From positions 1,674,001 through 1,738,000 of the forward strand of contig JBLDXI010000021.1 in the NCBI GenBank assembly GCA_047495785.1: 64,000 bases of DNA. The letters are read 5' to 3'. Position 1 is the stretch's first letter, and each line of letters begins with the position of its first letter. The position numbers and the translations under genes are program-made. This DNA comes from Lepidodermella squamata (lineage: Eukaryota > Animalia > Gastrotricha). Under the pieces are notes generated by a model. That model was not told where the DNA came from. It did no database searches and saw nothing but the letters and a program-made list of their open reading frames with translations. Shown here piece by piece: positions 11,402 through 23,496 of the stretch.

Positions 11402-12352
11402 GGTCAAGTAAATATGTAAATTTCAAGGTTACTTTCTATAACAATCAAATAGAAAAGTGGCAGAGCGCGAAAATAACGCGAAAAAAATGGAGTTAAATGT
11501 TCGATTTTCTGGACATAGCTTTAGGCCGTCTTTTTATATTTTATATTTCCCCATCAACCGCGAAAACCCTGCTGCTAACTTGATGCGACGCACTACTTGA
11601 GCCAGCTCAATTCGTCAACCCAAGGGTTTACCTTCTTTGCAAATCTTGCTAACCCCTTGCAAAGGAAGGTTTTGGCACCAAATAGTACATGTAATGCGGA
11701 AATGCGCTAAGACCCCTTGCAGCATGGCACCGTTCAGATACAGCATTCGCCAGGGTTCGATGAGCAGCAGCTTGCCAGATCGTTTCGTTTGAACGATACA
11801 TAGCACCTGGACAAGCCGCTAAATATTCGTGTCACCTCAAATTGAACCCCGGAATTATAACTTTCAAGGTGAACAAAAACTTCGGAAAATAGGGTGAGCT
11901 GATACACTTTTGAATCCTTGAAGCATGAATCCTATTCTTGCAAAACTGAAGATTCCTCATTTCTCATTTCTAGTCCGACTTGACAAACTAATTAGCAAAG
12001 TTCCCATAGTTCTGCAATAGTTCACAGTTGAGCAAAGTAAGAAAAATGTCGCGAGCATAGGGTCCGCAGGAGCGCGCGTTTTTCGTTATTGAAAATATTA
12101 TTCTTTTTGCAAATAATCTCACTTTCACACATGTATTCTGCAAAATATTTGGCAAAAGTATTGACGCATACTTTTAAATAATCAAATTGTTTTATTTGAA
12201 AATTTATTACTATATAAGATGTTTGTCAAGTTGAAGGATGGGCGGGAAAAATATTTGAAACAGAATGATCGCGATTTTTCTAGTCTGTTCTCGATGCGGG
12301 ACCTTCTAGTCTGTTTACGTCTTGCTTTCAGTTTTCGCGAGAGATACCGAAA

Positions 12353-13610
12353 ATGCCCGAATCCAATGTGCGATGGTTAGGCGCAGATGAAAAGGCGCAC
12401 CGCTGTGGTTATTGCAAAAATCCGAATGGTTCCTGTTCATATGGATTATGGGCATATACTCTAACCCCACTACACTACCAACTGATGATAGATCGTGGCT
12501 GGCGACGCTCGGGGCAATATTGCTACAAACCACGGCATCGAGATTCTTGTTGTCAATTATATACCATTAGGTAAATTGACTTATCACCATTTAGCTGACC
12601 TGAGCTCTGCGTTAATTTTTTTTGATCATTTTTTCTGCAGATGCCTTTCTAACGATTTCTGCGCTACCAAGTCAATGCGATTAACCGTTAAGAAAATGTC
12701 CGATTTTCTGGTTTTTGATAAGAAGCCATCGAAAGTCAGCAATATCAAATTTAATAAGTCGTCTTTCCCAGTTCAGCCAGTCGAAATGAATGGGGCGTGG
12801 CGAGTTAACCCGTGGATCGAAAAAAGTACGAATGACTTGGAAATTCTCTTGTCGCGTCCTGAAGATTGGTTCAATACACCTCACCAGCTTTCCGTTATTC
12901 TGGTTAGAAGTTGGCCGCCATCGAAATTTTTCCAGGCCACGTATCGTGAAGAGCACCTAATATACATGGCATATCAATGTGCTGTTCATAAAGATCCTCC
13001 CTCCAAGGTCGATTTAAAGCAATTTGCTGGCTTCCTGGTTGAATCGCCATTTGAGGAGGATGACGCGTCTGCAGCAGGGGTGCCTCCTTTTGGCGCTTAC
13101 CATCTACAGTTCCGTATCAACAACCGCCTTGTTGCCGTCTCCGTAATTGATATCTTGCCATACTGTGTTTCATCCGTGTATTGCTTCTATGACCCTGCAT
13201 TCACATTTTTAAATCTGGGAACGTTCACTGCGCTGTATGAAATAGCCCTAGCTCGAGCATTAAGTTGCCAGTTTCGCGAATTTTCATCTCTAAAATACTA
13301 TTACATGGGATTTTACATTCATACGTGTCAAAAAATGCGCTATAAAGGTAAGTTTCGGCCCGCCGAGTTATTGTGTCCTGAGTCGTTGAATTGGTTTCCA
13401 TTTGAACAATCTGTGACGTGCATTGAAAATGCTGGCAATAAATACACGCGCCTGGATCCGGATCCAAAGTCTATTGACAGAGATGGTGAAGAGGCGTCCC
13501 GCTCGGCATTACGGCAGCGTTCTGCCAGAAGAACTAGCGCCTCTGGGATTAATGTCGACGCAGCGCGCTTGCTTGGTTCTCAATGCTCGCGAGAGTTTAA
13601 TTTTGTTTAA
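12353..13610 (+). CDS. ATE1: Arginyl-tRNA--protein transferase 1
   Basis: CGYCK, YQLMIDRGWRRSGQYCYKP, CCQLYTIRC, YQCAVHKD, GAYHLQ, VIDILPYCVSSVY, YYYMGFYIHTCQKMRYKG; one intron after about 12570. Confidence 0.95.
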
Positions 13611-13731
13611 TCTTTCTGTCCTTCGCAAAGTCGCCAACTCACTTCACTGTGATTAAATATTAATGATGATTTCAACATTTAATAATCGTTATCATTTGAA
13701 TTGCTATTAGAAGTTGAAATAAGCATAAAAT

Positions 13732-16700
13732 ATGTCCGCAGATCAGCCATCGGCTGACTCGAGACTGATACTGAGGTCAAATTTGACATCATTAATTCCC
13801 GTAACCACGACTATATCCGCGCTGAAATCATGTGCTCAGGACGAGGATGACAACATAAAATCTACCGCTGTTGAGCGATCAACGGAAGTTCAACCTGTTG
13901 GATTCAGATCGCTACAGCAAAACACAAATATCTCACTACCCCCAGATAATTGGCTCAAGGTAAGTATATTCTCGTTAATTATTTGGCATCAAATAATTAT
14001 ACGTATCGGCATTTTCAGACAAGCAACCAGTCAGAGCGCGTGATCAAACGATTTGTTCGACCTCATGTTCCTAATGGCCCTCTTGAAGATCTCGCACAGA
14101 GCTTTCAGCTAGCCAACGAAGCGATCGATTTGATGCCATTTGTAGATGTTGTAGCGAATTCGGATACTTTGAAGAGTCTCTTGAAAGTAATTTCACTTAT
14201 TTTTCTACTATCGAGTGAAGAATAATTGCGTTCTATAGGTGCCTTACGATAACGAGCATGTATTGTCTCTCGCTATTCACCGCGTTGGAGATTGCTTTTT
14301 GATCGACAACTTCGATGCATATGCGTACTTGCTGGATGCTCAACGGTCAGATTGGCATTGGATTAGGAAGTGGTTTGCGGAAAATGAAGGTAAACGGATG
14401 GCTCTGTTGTTGGCTGCCAGTTCAAGTCGTAACCGTGCGAAAACACGAGAGAAGATTCGAGAGCGAGATATGCTTAGCAAATTCATGTACTATAGCATTG
14501 ACGAAAATGATGTAAGTCCCAGTGTGGTATTTTTCGATCAAATAATTAATCTGAGACTACAATCAGTACCCGGTATCTTCACCGCCGCCTTACGCTTCCA
14601 CGCCTCAAATCGCTTTGGTTCCCCCGGAATCCTCAGTTGCCCCTGTTATCGATTCGTCGCCCTCTATCAATGTTTCACCCAATTTATCGAAGTCACCTTT
14701 CCCGAAAACGGCGGTATGGACTTTGGAAGACATGCAATTGCTCGTCGGATCGGATTTGCCGATTTTCTCCACCGGCAGTCACCCATGTTTCAGCTTACGA
14801 CTGTGTGACATGCAACGCCCGATCAACGTGATAACTGGTCTCGATTATTGGTTGGACAATCTCATGTGTAACGTTCCTGAAGTCTTGATGTGTTACCATA
14901 TGGACGGCATAGTACAGCAATACAGAGTTTTCAAAACTGAAGATCTTCCCACTCTTTCCGAGGATTGCCGCTTCTCACCCCACGTCGTGAAAGACTTTGC
15001 CACGAATATTCTGTCGTTTTTGCGATCGAATGCTACTAAAGAGGGCCACACCTACTGGTTACTTAAGGAGCCAGATCTCGATGTTGTCAAACTCTACGAT
15101 TTAACTTCGCTTTGCGAGGACTTGATGGATTCAGTCAATGACAATCCATTCGCCCTTCCTTTAGCCGTATTGCTATGCAGGTCTTGTTTCATCATGGGAC
15201 CTTCCATTTCCATGCTTCAGTACAACCCGATTTATTTTATAGGTTGGCTTATACAATTTTAGAAAGGCCGGATTCTACTTGCGATCAGCTCGCCAGTGTT
15301 CCTCGTCTGTTGGAAAGTTGCCGCCGCTTGGTAAGGGATTTTTCTTCATATTCTTATGTTTTGCAAGTTCTATCAAACAGATCGATCGTACTCGATATCC
15401 GTGGCTCTACTCTGTTGTCAACTACATGCACTTCACGGCCGCGACGAAGCGATCGATTCCCACGGGTAACGAAGCTGAAAACATCCAGCTTTCGAATGAA
15501 ATGAAATCCTTGCTAAATATCGGCACGCCGAATCCAGTTGAGGACTTACCAATGGAAAAACGATCGCTTCTAAACTTGGAATATATCGCTAATGGCTTGA
15601 CCTTTCTTCTGACTAAAATTAATGAATCCGACAGTCAAAAGCTGACGACGCAAGCAGCGAAATCGGTCCCAGTTCAATGGACAATGGATCAGCAGAACGT
15701 TATGACCATAAAATTACTACGTGGTGGCGTGAGCTGCTATCTCCATATCGCTGCAGTCAATTTCGACGCGCTCGTTGCACGGCAGGGCAACACGTCTTCG
15801 GAACCGGGAAACCAACCAGCCGATCCATGTTTATGCATCACTATTAGGCAGCACATCAGACTTGCTAACAAGTGTTTGACCGCTCTTCGTATCAAACTAA
15901 ACAACATGGAGGCCGAGCCGGGCTTGATGAGCGCCATTTTACAGCTGATCGGCGATTTACACATGTTGGCAGAAGACGAGCATGCCCAGTGCGAAATTCC
16001 GTTGGAAAGTTCTCTGACTGACTTCCCCAGTGGTGATGCCAACAACTTGAGCTCAATTAATGCGATCATAAACGCAGCTTGTGACAAAATATCTGCCGGT
16101 AATGATGCATATTTTGATGGTGAAATCCAGCGTCAAATTGCTCCCTTAATCGGTCAGCCGGGTGAACAAGTCTCTAAATGGCCCAAATGGGGGTCACGGA
16201 TCGAGTGCCTTGAATCAGCTATCAATACGTATCAGCTTGCATTCGAAGGTTCGGACGATACAGCAGCCGTTGTTCGCCGCCTGGCTAACGCGTGCGTCGA
16301 GTTTGCAAACGCTGTGATCAGCAGTTCGCTTGAAATTTTCGCCGAACAAAGCGAGTCAGCAGATAAGCCACTGGAGGATTTGTGGAAGAAAGCTTATTTT
16401 GCCTTCGACAAAGCGGCCTCGTTATTTGAAGCCGTTCGCCCTGTTGACGTAAATAATTTGGCTGTCGTTGAATCAAACCGTGCCCGTTTGATGCGAGTTT
16501 GCGCCTATTGCCAGCCCAAATCCGCAGTTCATTTCCTTTCCGAGGCTGCTCGGCGATATTCGATTGCTTTGAAGCACCTGACGAACGATAACGCCGGCGT
16601 GAATCAACAAATCGTCGCCCGAATCCACTGGGACTTGAGCTCTGTCTATGTGACATTGGCCGATGAATTGTACAAGAAGGAAGACTCGGAAGAAACAGAT

Positions 16701-17373
16701 CGATCAGTGCTGAAATATTTGGCGGACGCTGCTTCAGAAGCTTCTTTGGCTAGTTCTCCCGAACTACGGGCCCGTGAAGCTGACATTGCTCTTCGCGAAG
16801 GAAAGGTAGTAGTGTAATTGCCCGATGTTACGTGTTATAAAATTTTCGAAAATATGTTGTCAGGTGCGAAGGAGGATGCTGTTCCGCTTGATCGATACTA
16901 CAACAGATTCGAAATTGTGCTCAAATTACATGCGCCTAGCTGAGAAAAGTTTTGAGAAGGCCCTGGCTGGCTACGCTGAGCTAAATCGATGGGATAACTG
17001 GGCCGGTACGCATTCAGAATTAAGCAACCTCTGGTTAGAACCGAAACTACTCGCTAACCCGTCGACCATTAGCCGGAAAGTAATTGTGGCCAAGATTGCC
17101 GGAGAACTGAGTTCAATAATGGCCACCTTGTCGTCACCAAGAAGTAATGGCATAGCCTCCTGGCAAGCCTTCTCGCCTTCAGCTCTGTCAATCACATGCT
17201 CTGTGCTTTCAAAATTGCTGGTGACTTGCGGCGGCGACGAAAACAACAAGCCAACTCTGGTCAAAGCAGTCGATGAAGTTTGTAAGAAACTGAAAAATAC
17301 TGGAAATACTTCAAGCGCGAACAACTCGATGTTCAAAGACATTGGTGATATTGTTAAGCTAATGAAAATATAA
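13732..17373 (+). CDS. EDRF1: Erythroid differentiation-related factor 1 homolog (multi-exon)
   Basis: LQQNTNISLPPDNWL, VDVVANSDTLKSLLK.PY, LLVGSDLPIF, GLDYWLDNLMCNVPEVLMCYH, ILSFLRSNATKEGHTYWL, VKLYDLTSLC. Confidence 0.9.
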
Positions 17374-17509
17374 GCTTTCTTCATATTTGAGTCAAATAAA
17401 ATAGCAGATCTTAGTTAAATGATCGTATCGTTGGAGTGACTTTCTGAATCACTGAGAGGAGTGAGTCTCCCACACCACAACCAGAAAAACAATATAGTTT
17501 TTATAATGT

Positions 17510-18022
17510 TTAAAACATCAAAGGAAAGTACACCCTCAAACGTATTCCGTAGTTTACTCAGCTGCTGACATTCCTCGTGACAGTTAAGCCAGACATCGTC
17601 TTTCTGTCCGAAACAGCGCTACCTGACGGAGAAATACCTAAGTACATCACCTCCTCGCTTTATAATGAAGGCCACCGATCCGAATGGTCGAGCCGTGAAT
17701 TTGGGGGTGAATATGGCGGCGGTGTTGCTATCCTGATGGAGAAATCCTTCCACAAAGTAAGGCGATTGTCCATCACAAATCTGCCGCTGCTGGAGAAGCT
17801 AGTCGGATCAGTCGAGTCGAAACATGGGAAACTCATCCTTGGCGCCGTCTACAACCCGCGCACTACCGACTGCTCTATTGGGGACCTGGAGCTCACCGAC
17901 TAGCTCACCGAAAAGGCTGATGGCGATCGAATCATTATTGGGGGCGATTTCAACTACGATCTGTGCCAAAGCCCAGTTAAGTATTACATTGCGATCGCGA
18001 ATATTATGGACCGACTCTATTG
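17510..18022 (+). mobile_element. Decayed APE-type endonuclease fragment of a non-LTR retrotransposon
   Basis: PDIVFLSET, GGGVAIL, GAVYNP, then an in-frame TAG (17901-17903), then IIIGGDFN; no RT downstream. Confidence 0.75.
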
Positions 18023-18414
18023 ATTGATTTTTAAATGTATAAACTTATTAAAGCATATTATTAAAGTTAATAGTTCTGCAGCAATCGGACAGCTCGTTGA
18101 ACAAAATAAAACGGCCGTACGAAAACATATTTATGACTGTTTTTTTACTCCAATATCGATACTCCAAGGGAGATAGAAAATGATCCGCTAACCTTGATCT
18201 AGCCAGTGAATAGCCAGTGAAAGAATAATTTGGCCAGATGAATGCTTAGTGAGTCACGTACTAGTATTCACAAGCTTCAAAGCGTATGCTGGCACGTGAG
18301 CGACCCTGTATAAGGTCGCAAAAAAACAGTTGTCACGTTCCAGCTAAAACGATGCAATGTGGCGTCGCTTATTAACAAATACCTAGGTCGCGCGCTCTTC
18401 ATAAACAGTTTGTA

Positions 18415-18500
18415 TTAGCTCCAAAGGCTTGAGGCTTCTTGGTTAAGCTCGCGACCGGTTGCTTAGAGGTCTTAGGTTCGATTCCCAGCCCTGAACCGTG
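18415..18500 (+). mobile_element. tRNA-derived SINE head or tRNA pseudogene
   Basis: B-box GGTTCGATTCCC at 18475-18486 with an A-box-like TGGTTAAG upstream; no convincing cloverleaf. Confidence 0.4.
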
Positions 18501-18600
18501 AATTTTCTCAAAAGACTAATTTTACGACCGTGAGCATTGGTTAAAAAGTGGAGTGTGGACAGCATGCGGACCTTCACGCAGGAGAAATATTATAGGTGGT

Positions 18601-18825
18601 AAAATATCGCAGGGTATTATTCCCCTTACTGTGGTTGGTCAGATGTCAGAGGGGTGCCTGATAATAGATGTTAAAAAAAATGAAAGAGGAATGGTGGGCA
18701 TGAAATATAGCAGTGCTACTGGCGTGCAGCCATTACTGATCGACTTCCTTACTAACTATATTTATCAGGCACCCCTCTGACCAACCACGGTATGTTAGGG
18801 GCATAATACTTATCCGGGATATTTC
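18601..18825. repeat. About 220-bp foldback/MITE-like inverted repeat
   Basis: Left arm gtattat.cccct..ac.gtggttggtcaga[tgtcaga]ggggtgcctgataa pairs with right arm ttatcaggcacccctctgaccaaccacgg...ggggcataatac. Confidence 0.8.
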
Positions 18826-20104
18826 CCCCGCCCCATTCGCACCTTTTTTATCATCGTCGTTGATTACTACATACCAATGTTTTTTATTCGGCGCTATATA
18901 GTCATGCGTAGAGTCATAAGGAGGCATTACGCAAACATTCTTCTCATTTAGTATAGATGAATCTATATCTGTTGAAAACAAACAGTGCCACGGTCAAATG
19001 ACGATCAGGTCGCATCGGTGCCTGTTTGCATTGCATCCTCAACTACATCTGTATTCCTTTATGGCGTCTAATAGGACCTAATGCATTTTGCTTTTTTGTA
19101 CATAGTCATTTCCGAGACGAATCTTCGGTAATCCAGGGTTCGTCTTCCGAGTTTCGTAACCAATCTATCAACTCTTCTACCATGACGCTTGTAATAGTAT
19201 TCACCAAGAGTAACCTCCGACTTCAATTTTGGTAGTAAACTTGAAAATTGTTGTTAGCTTTCCTTCACAAAATTTGTCATTCCTACGCACTATCTTTGAT
19301 ATCATTTGTTTTTGAAAGGATGGCACCGAAGGCACCGACCGATGGTATTTTTGGTAATAGAAAAGACGAAGTTGGCAAAACAAATGAACTCCTCAAATCA
19401 TTACACATGCATTTATTATTCTCGCAATAATATTATTATCATTAATAAGTAACCTTTTCATTCGATGGGGCAGCAGTTTAAGCGATTTTGCGACACGATA
19501 ATACTTCGAAAGAATCAACCGAACCCTGAAACAGGAAAAATTACGTTGATTACAAAATGTTGCGAATAGATGACGAGATTCTTTGGTTGCCCGCTCGTTG
19601 TTCGAGGCTTCAACTAGACACAGTAGCAATTATTCTAATGGCAAAACGCCAGATCTCGTGATAATTCATGAGGTGATATATGCAAAATGAAGAGCATGCT
19701 ATCAGTTTAGCACCCTTGTTGAATAACATGGTCATTTCGTAAATAAACATAACAAGTAATTGAGTAACAGTTCTGGGATCAGTTTTGATCTCTGCATAAA
19801 ATACAAAAAAGCATCGCAACAATTTTCTTAGATATTCGTCATCAGCAGTGAGAGTCGTATAAAATAGTTTAAAACAAGCGTCACGGCGACCAAGAAGTGG
19901 AAAATAAACAATGCAACCCGCGGAAGTCAGGCACAAATAGTCAAAGCAGAGTGTGATGATTGAGATTCCGATGAGATGATTAAACCGTCTAGTAAAAGGG
20001 AAGATGCGAATTAGTTAAACTTGTAGATTAGAGATAAGAATTTCAAGCAGCAACACAACAAGCTATAAGGCCGAAGTGTCTTGGAACAGCCTTGACATGA
20101 AGGA

Positions 20105-21639
20105 TCAGTTGGTTGCAATACCCACAATGATGGCCAAGCACAGAGAAGTCATGACAATGACGTGAAGGCCGAGGATGAAGTTCTTAAACGTAGCACCAGC
20201 CGGTTTCGGCTTAACCCAAATGTCATCCGGCTCTTGGCCGGTCGCCAAGGCTTGCTGACGCAACTCGAATTGCTCGAGTTTTTCCTTGTTTTTCGAGTAG
20301 TAGAAACAGCCGGCAAGTTCCAGCAGAATTTCCACGACCAAATGGAAGATGACAACGGCAACAAGCACCCACGCAGTCCAGGCCGGCGCGCGAACGACAG
20401 GGAAGGTCAAGCCAATGAAGCAATTAGTAACAGCAAATACGATAGCAATTGTTCCGACGCTGTAAATGATAAAATTCAAGTTATTACTCTAGAAATAGCG
20501 TCGTATTTGGCGAAACTTACACGAAATGGATCCAGTTAAAAACAGGTCGATAGTGAGCACCCGGTTTGCAACGAAAGAATGAAATAATAGGGTTAGCCCA
20601 TCCGAAAATCAAAGCGATAATCCCGAGAATCGGATGCGCTCGTTGTGGCAGCTCACTTGAGACTCTATATTTGCCGTCAGCAGCAACAAGAGCCAAAATA
20701 AAGCCGATGGTGAACAGGGCAGTTGCAATGAACATGAGCGGTTGATGAATAGCGAACCACACCTGATTACCACATGGACGATTGTTGGGCCACATCTGAC
20801 GGTAGTAACGAGGTTGAAGAGTCGCCGACAAGGCGATAAGCACCCAGGCAACGATCATAAGGATTCCATGAGCTCTCCACAGCGGCCGAACTTTTTGATA
20901 TTCGTCAGCTGCCGAGACACGGCCGGAGACGGCGGGCGCGTTGATGCGCTGGGCGCCAGAAACTACTGGGTTTTCGTAAGGCGCTCCGTGCTTTAACGGT
21001 CCCTCTCTGGGCCCAGACGCCAAGAAAACATGAGCCTCTTCGTCTATCCGAGCAACTTTGTCAGAATCAGTCTCCGGTTCGCCACGAACAAATCGGCAAG
21101 CGAGACGCCCGTTGCTGTATTGACCATGGGGATGCTTGATTCCAGCATTTACAGACGTACCCTAAGCAATAAAACAGCCATTAAAAACATTGATTTCGAA
21201 GTGTGAAATCGTTACAGAGAGTGCGTAAGATTCGGAGCCTTCGTTGAAAGCATTGTAGAGAGAAACCGCTTTCCCGTCCCAACTGCAAACAGTCCATTTA
21301 ACTTTATCCATTTTTGTACTCTCGCCAAGGCCAACGGCGACATAACTTGACTCGGGAACTTTGCCGATCAAGGTAAACTCCACCCCGTTAGGAGTTTGAG
21401 CCCACGCAGCAATAAGCTAAAATGAAGTGAATCAATTGTATCCTGAGCAAAGGAACAGTGTATCATACCTCACAGTCTTCCAAGCTGGCGCAATTCTCCG
21501 GCTTTGTCATGCAAGAAAATCCACCCGCGCCATTACAAGCTTCAACGCGAAAAGTGATAGGCTGAGAAACGGCAAGTAATCCCGCATCAGACGCAAATGT
21601 TACGCCGATTAGTGCGGTAAAAAGGTAGAAAAGATACAT
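20105..21639 (-). CDS. Ferric-chelate reductase FRRS1/SDR2-like (DOMON plus cytochrome b561)
   Basis: Signal peptide; DOMON motifs YVAVGLG..M and GRLACRF; b561 heme His motifs AHGILMIVAW, WFAIHQ, HPILG, FRCKPGAHYRPVFNWIH. Confidence 0.88.
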
Positions 21640-23496
21640 TAATGCCGTACCTACAATGTTAAAAAATAAAAACGATAGAGTCGGGTTTTCTCAAATGCAC
21701 AGGCGCTAGCAGGCAGGTAGAAAACCTCTACATTTTAGTACAGACTCATGAATTGTCGTCAAATGCCTAGTTGATTATTGATACTTATTTCTATATGAGA
21801 CCGTCAGCTAGAAAAGCAATAAAATCTCGAAAAATGGTGCAATGATTCACAATCAAAAAATGCTAGCCACTCTCGGGACATATCGTAAAAAATCTGTTAT
21901 AGCTTTTCTATCGGATAGTCACACATATTTACATTTATAAGGCTCAAACCTCTAATGACACTGGCAAAGGGTCATCGAGAAGCATTGCCCAACATCAAAT
22001 ACCGAGTGGCAGTCGCCAGACATGAAGAAACTTAGGTAGCCGCAATATACTCAGAAAATCGAAGCTGACTGAGCAACTGGAATCATATGCGATAGCGTCT
22101 CCTTAAATTTTTTGATTTTGGGTGCATCATATAATGGTAAAAGTTGATGAGTTAGCCTTGAGCCGACAGCCGACTTAGCCGACTTTGCTTTATGAAAATT
22201 CGCGAGGGCAGTTTTGCCACAATGAAGATCATAGAAGCCCAGAAAAATGAAAATTCATCTTTTAACATGTTTTCATTTCCAACCATCCGCGCCTACAACA
22301 AGGCCTAAAATCTTAACTTAAAATCTCTCTTTAACTTTAATCCAATTTAATCAAGAACTAGTAACGGCTTCTTCATATAACAAATAGATTGAGTGATAAT
22401 TGGATAATTGCTAAGATTCTAGTTAAGAATAAGCTAGTTAAGAATAAGCAATGGAAACAAGCAATAATTGTGATGGGCACTCACTTTCGAACAAGGAAAA
22501 TGTCCTACGCCAAATCAAAATACGAATGCAAGAATGCCCTGAAAAGGGTGGATGTCATTGAAACTTTAACAGCTGCTTATCAACGGCCAATCTACCTATT
22601 GCATACAAAAGTTCACCTTTATAGCCAGCTAGATAGCAATCAAGCTTCTTCACTAGAAGGTACACCCACAGCAAAGGAGAGCAACAAGTTGTTGTTGCGA
22701 TGAACAGAGCGCCGCGGTAAATACTGTGATTTACTTTTTTGACATTATATTAAATACATTTCTTACTAATGCAGCTCTTCATGGGAAAATGTTTTTTTCC
22801 AAGAATTCTAAATCAGCCTTGTAAGTTTTTTAAACCCGCGTGTTTGTTGCGGCGTTGACGAAGTTGTTAGCGGCGTTTTTTGAAGTCGTCATCCGCTTTC
22901 TAATCCCCCATGGAAAAGGTGCGGTCGTTGATTCTGATCACCCCTGTTACGGTTCCTATTGTTTTTGTACTGCGTTTACTAGCTCCTCGGATTATACCTG
23001 TCCTCGCGGTCCCCTGTCCCCTTATTCTCACCATATAGAGGCGTTTGTCAGTTGGCAGGTTCCAGAGATGTTCCGAAGATCAGAAAGAAAGTGGACTGGT
23101 TCAGCCGCCATATGTTATATAAAATTTGATTTATCTATTATTTTATATCATTCCATATGGGAGGTTTCAGCAAGCCGGTTTGCCCGTCTTTGGGGAGTTG
23201 GAATTTTGAAATTTGCAGCTGAATATTCTGCGTTATTACATTCATTGCAAATCGTCATTGTCTCGTAGTTCAATGCAAACACTTATGACTTATTTCAGAT
23301 TCTAAGGTAAGTTTCAGCTCTCAAGTCTTGCATCAAATTAGTTCCGTCCCACAGGGTGCAGGAGCACAGACGGGCGTCCTTGTCAATTCAGCCCCTTTTT
23401 GAGGGAATGCAGCTATGATGTAATGACAAAGGCCGGAATGTAGTCAATTTTTCTTTTCGTATTTAGTATTTATTAACTTCCAATCGTGGAAATGTT

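Noticed and set aside
22389-22703. 104-aa ORF in the divergent gap between the ferric reductase and IRS-like genes
   Set aside because: Non-ATG start, contains a 15-bp tandem duplication and has no recognisable homology
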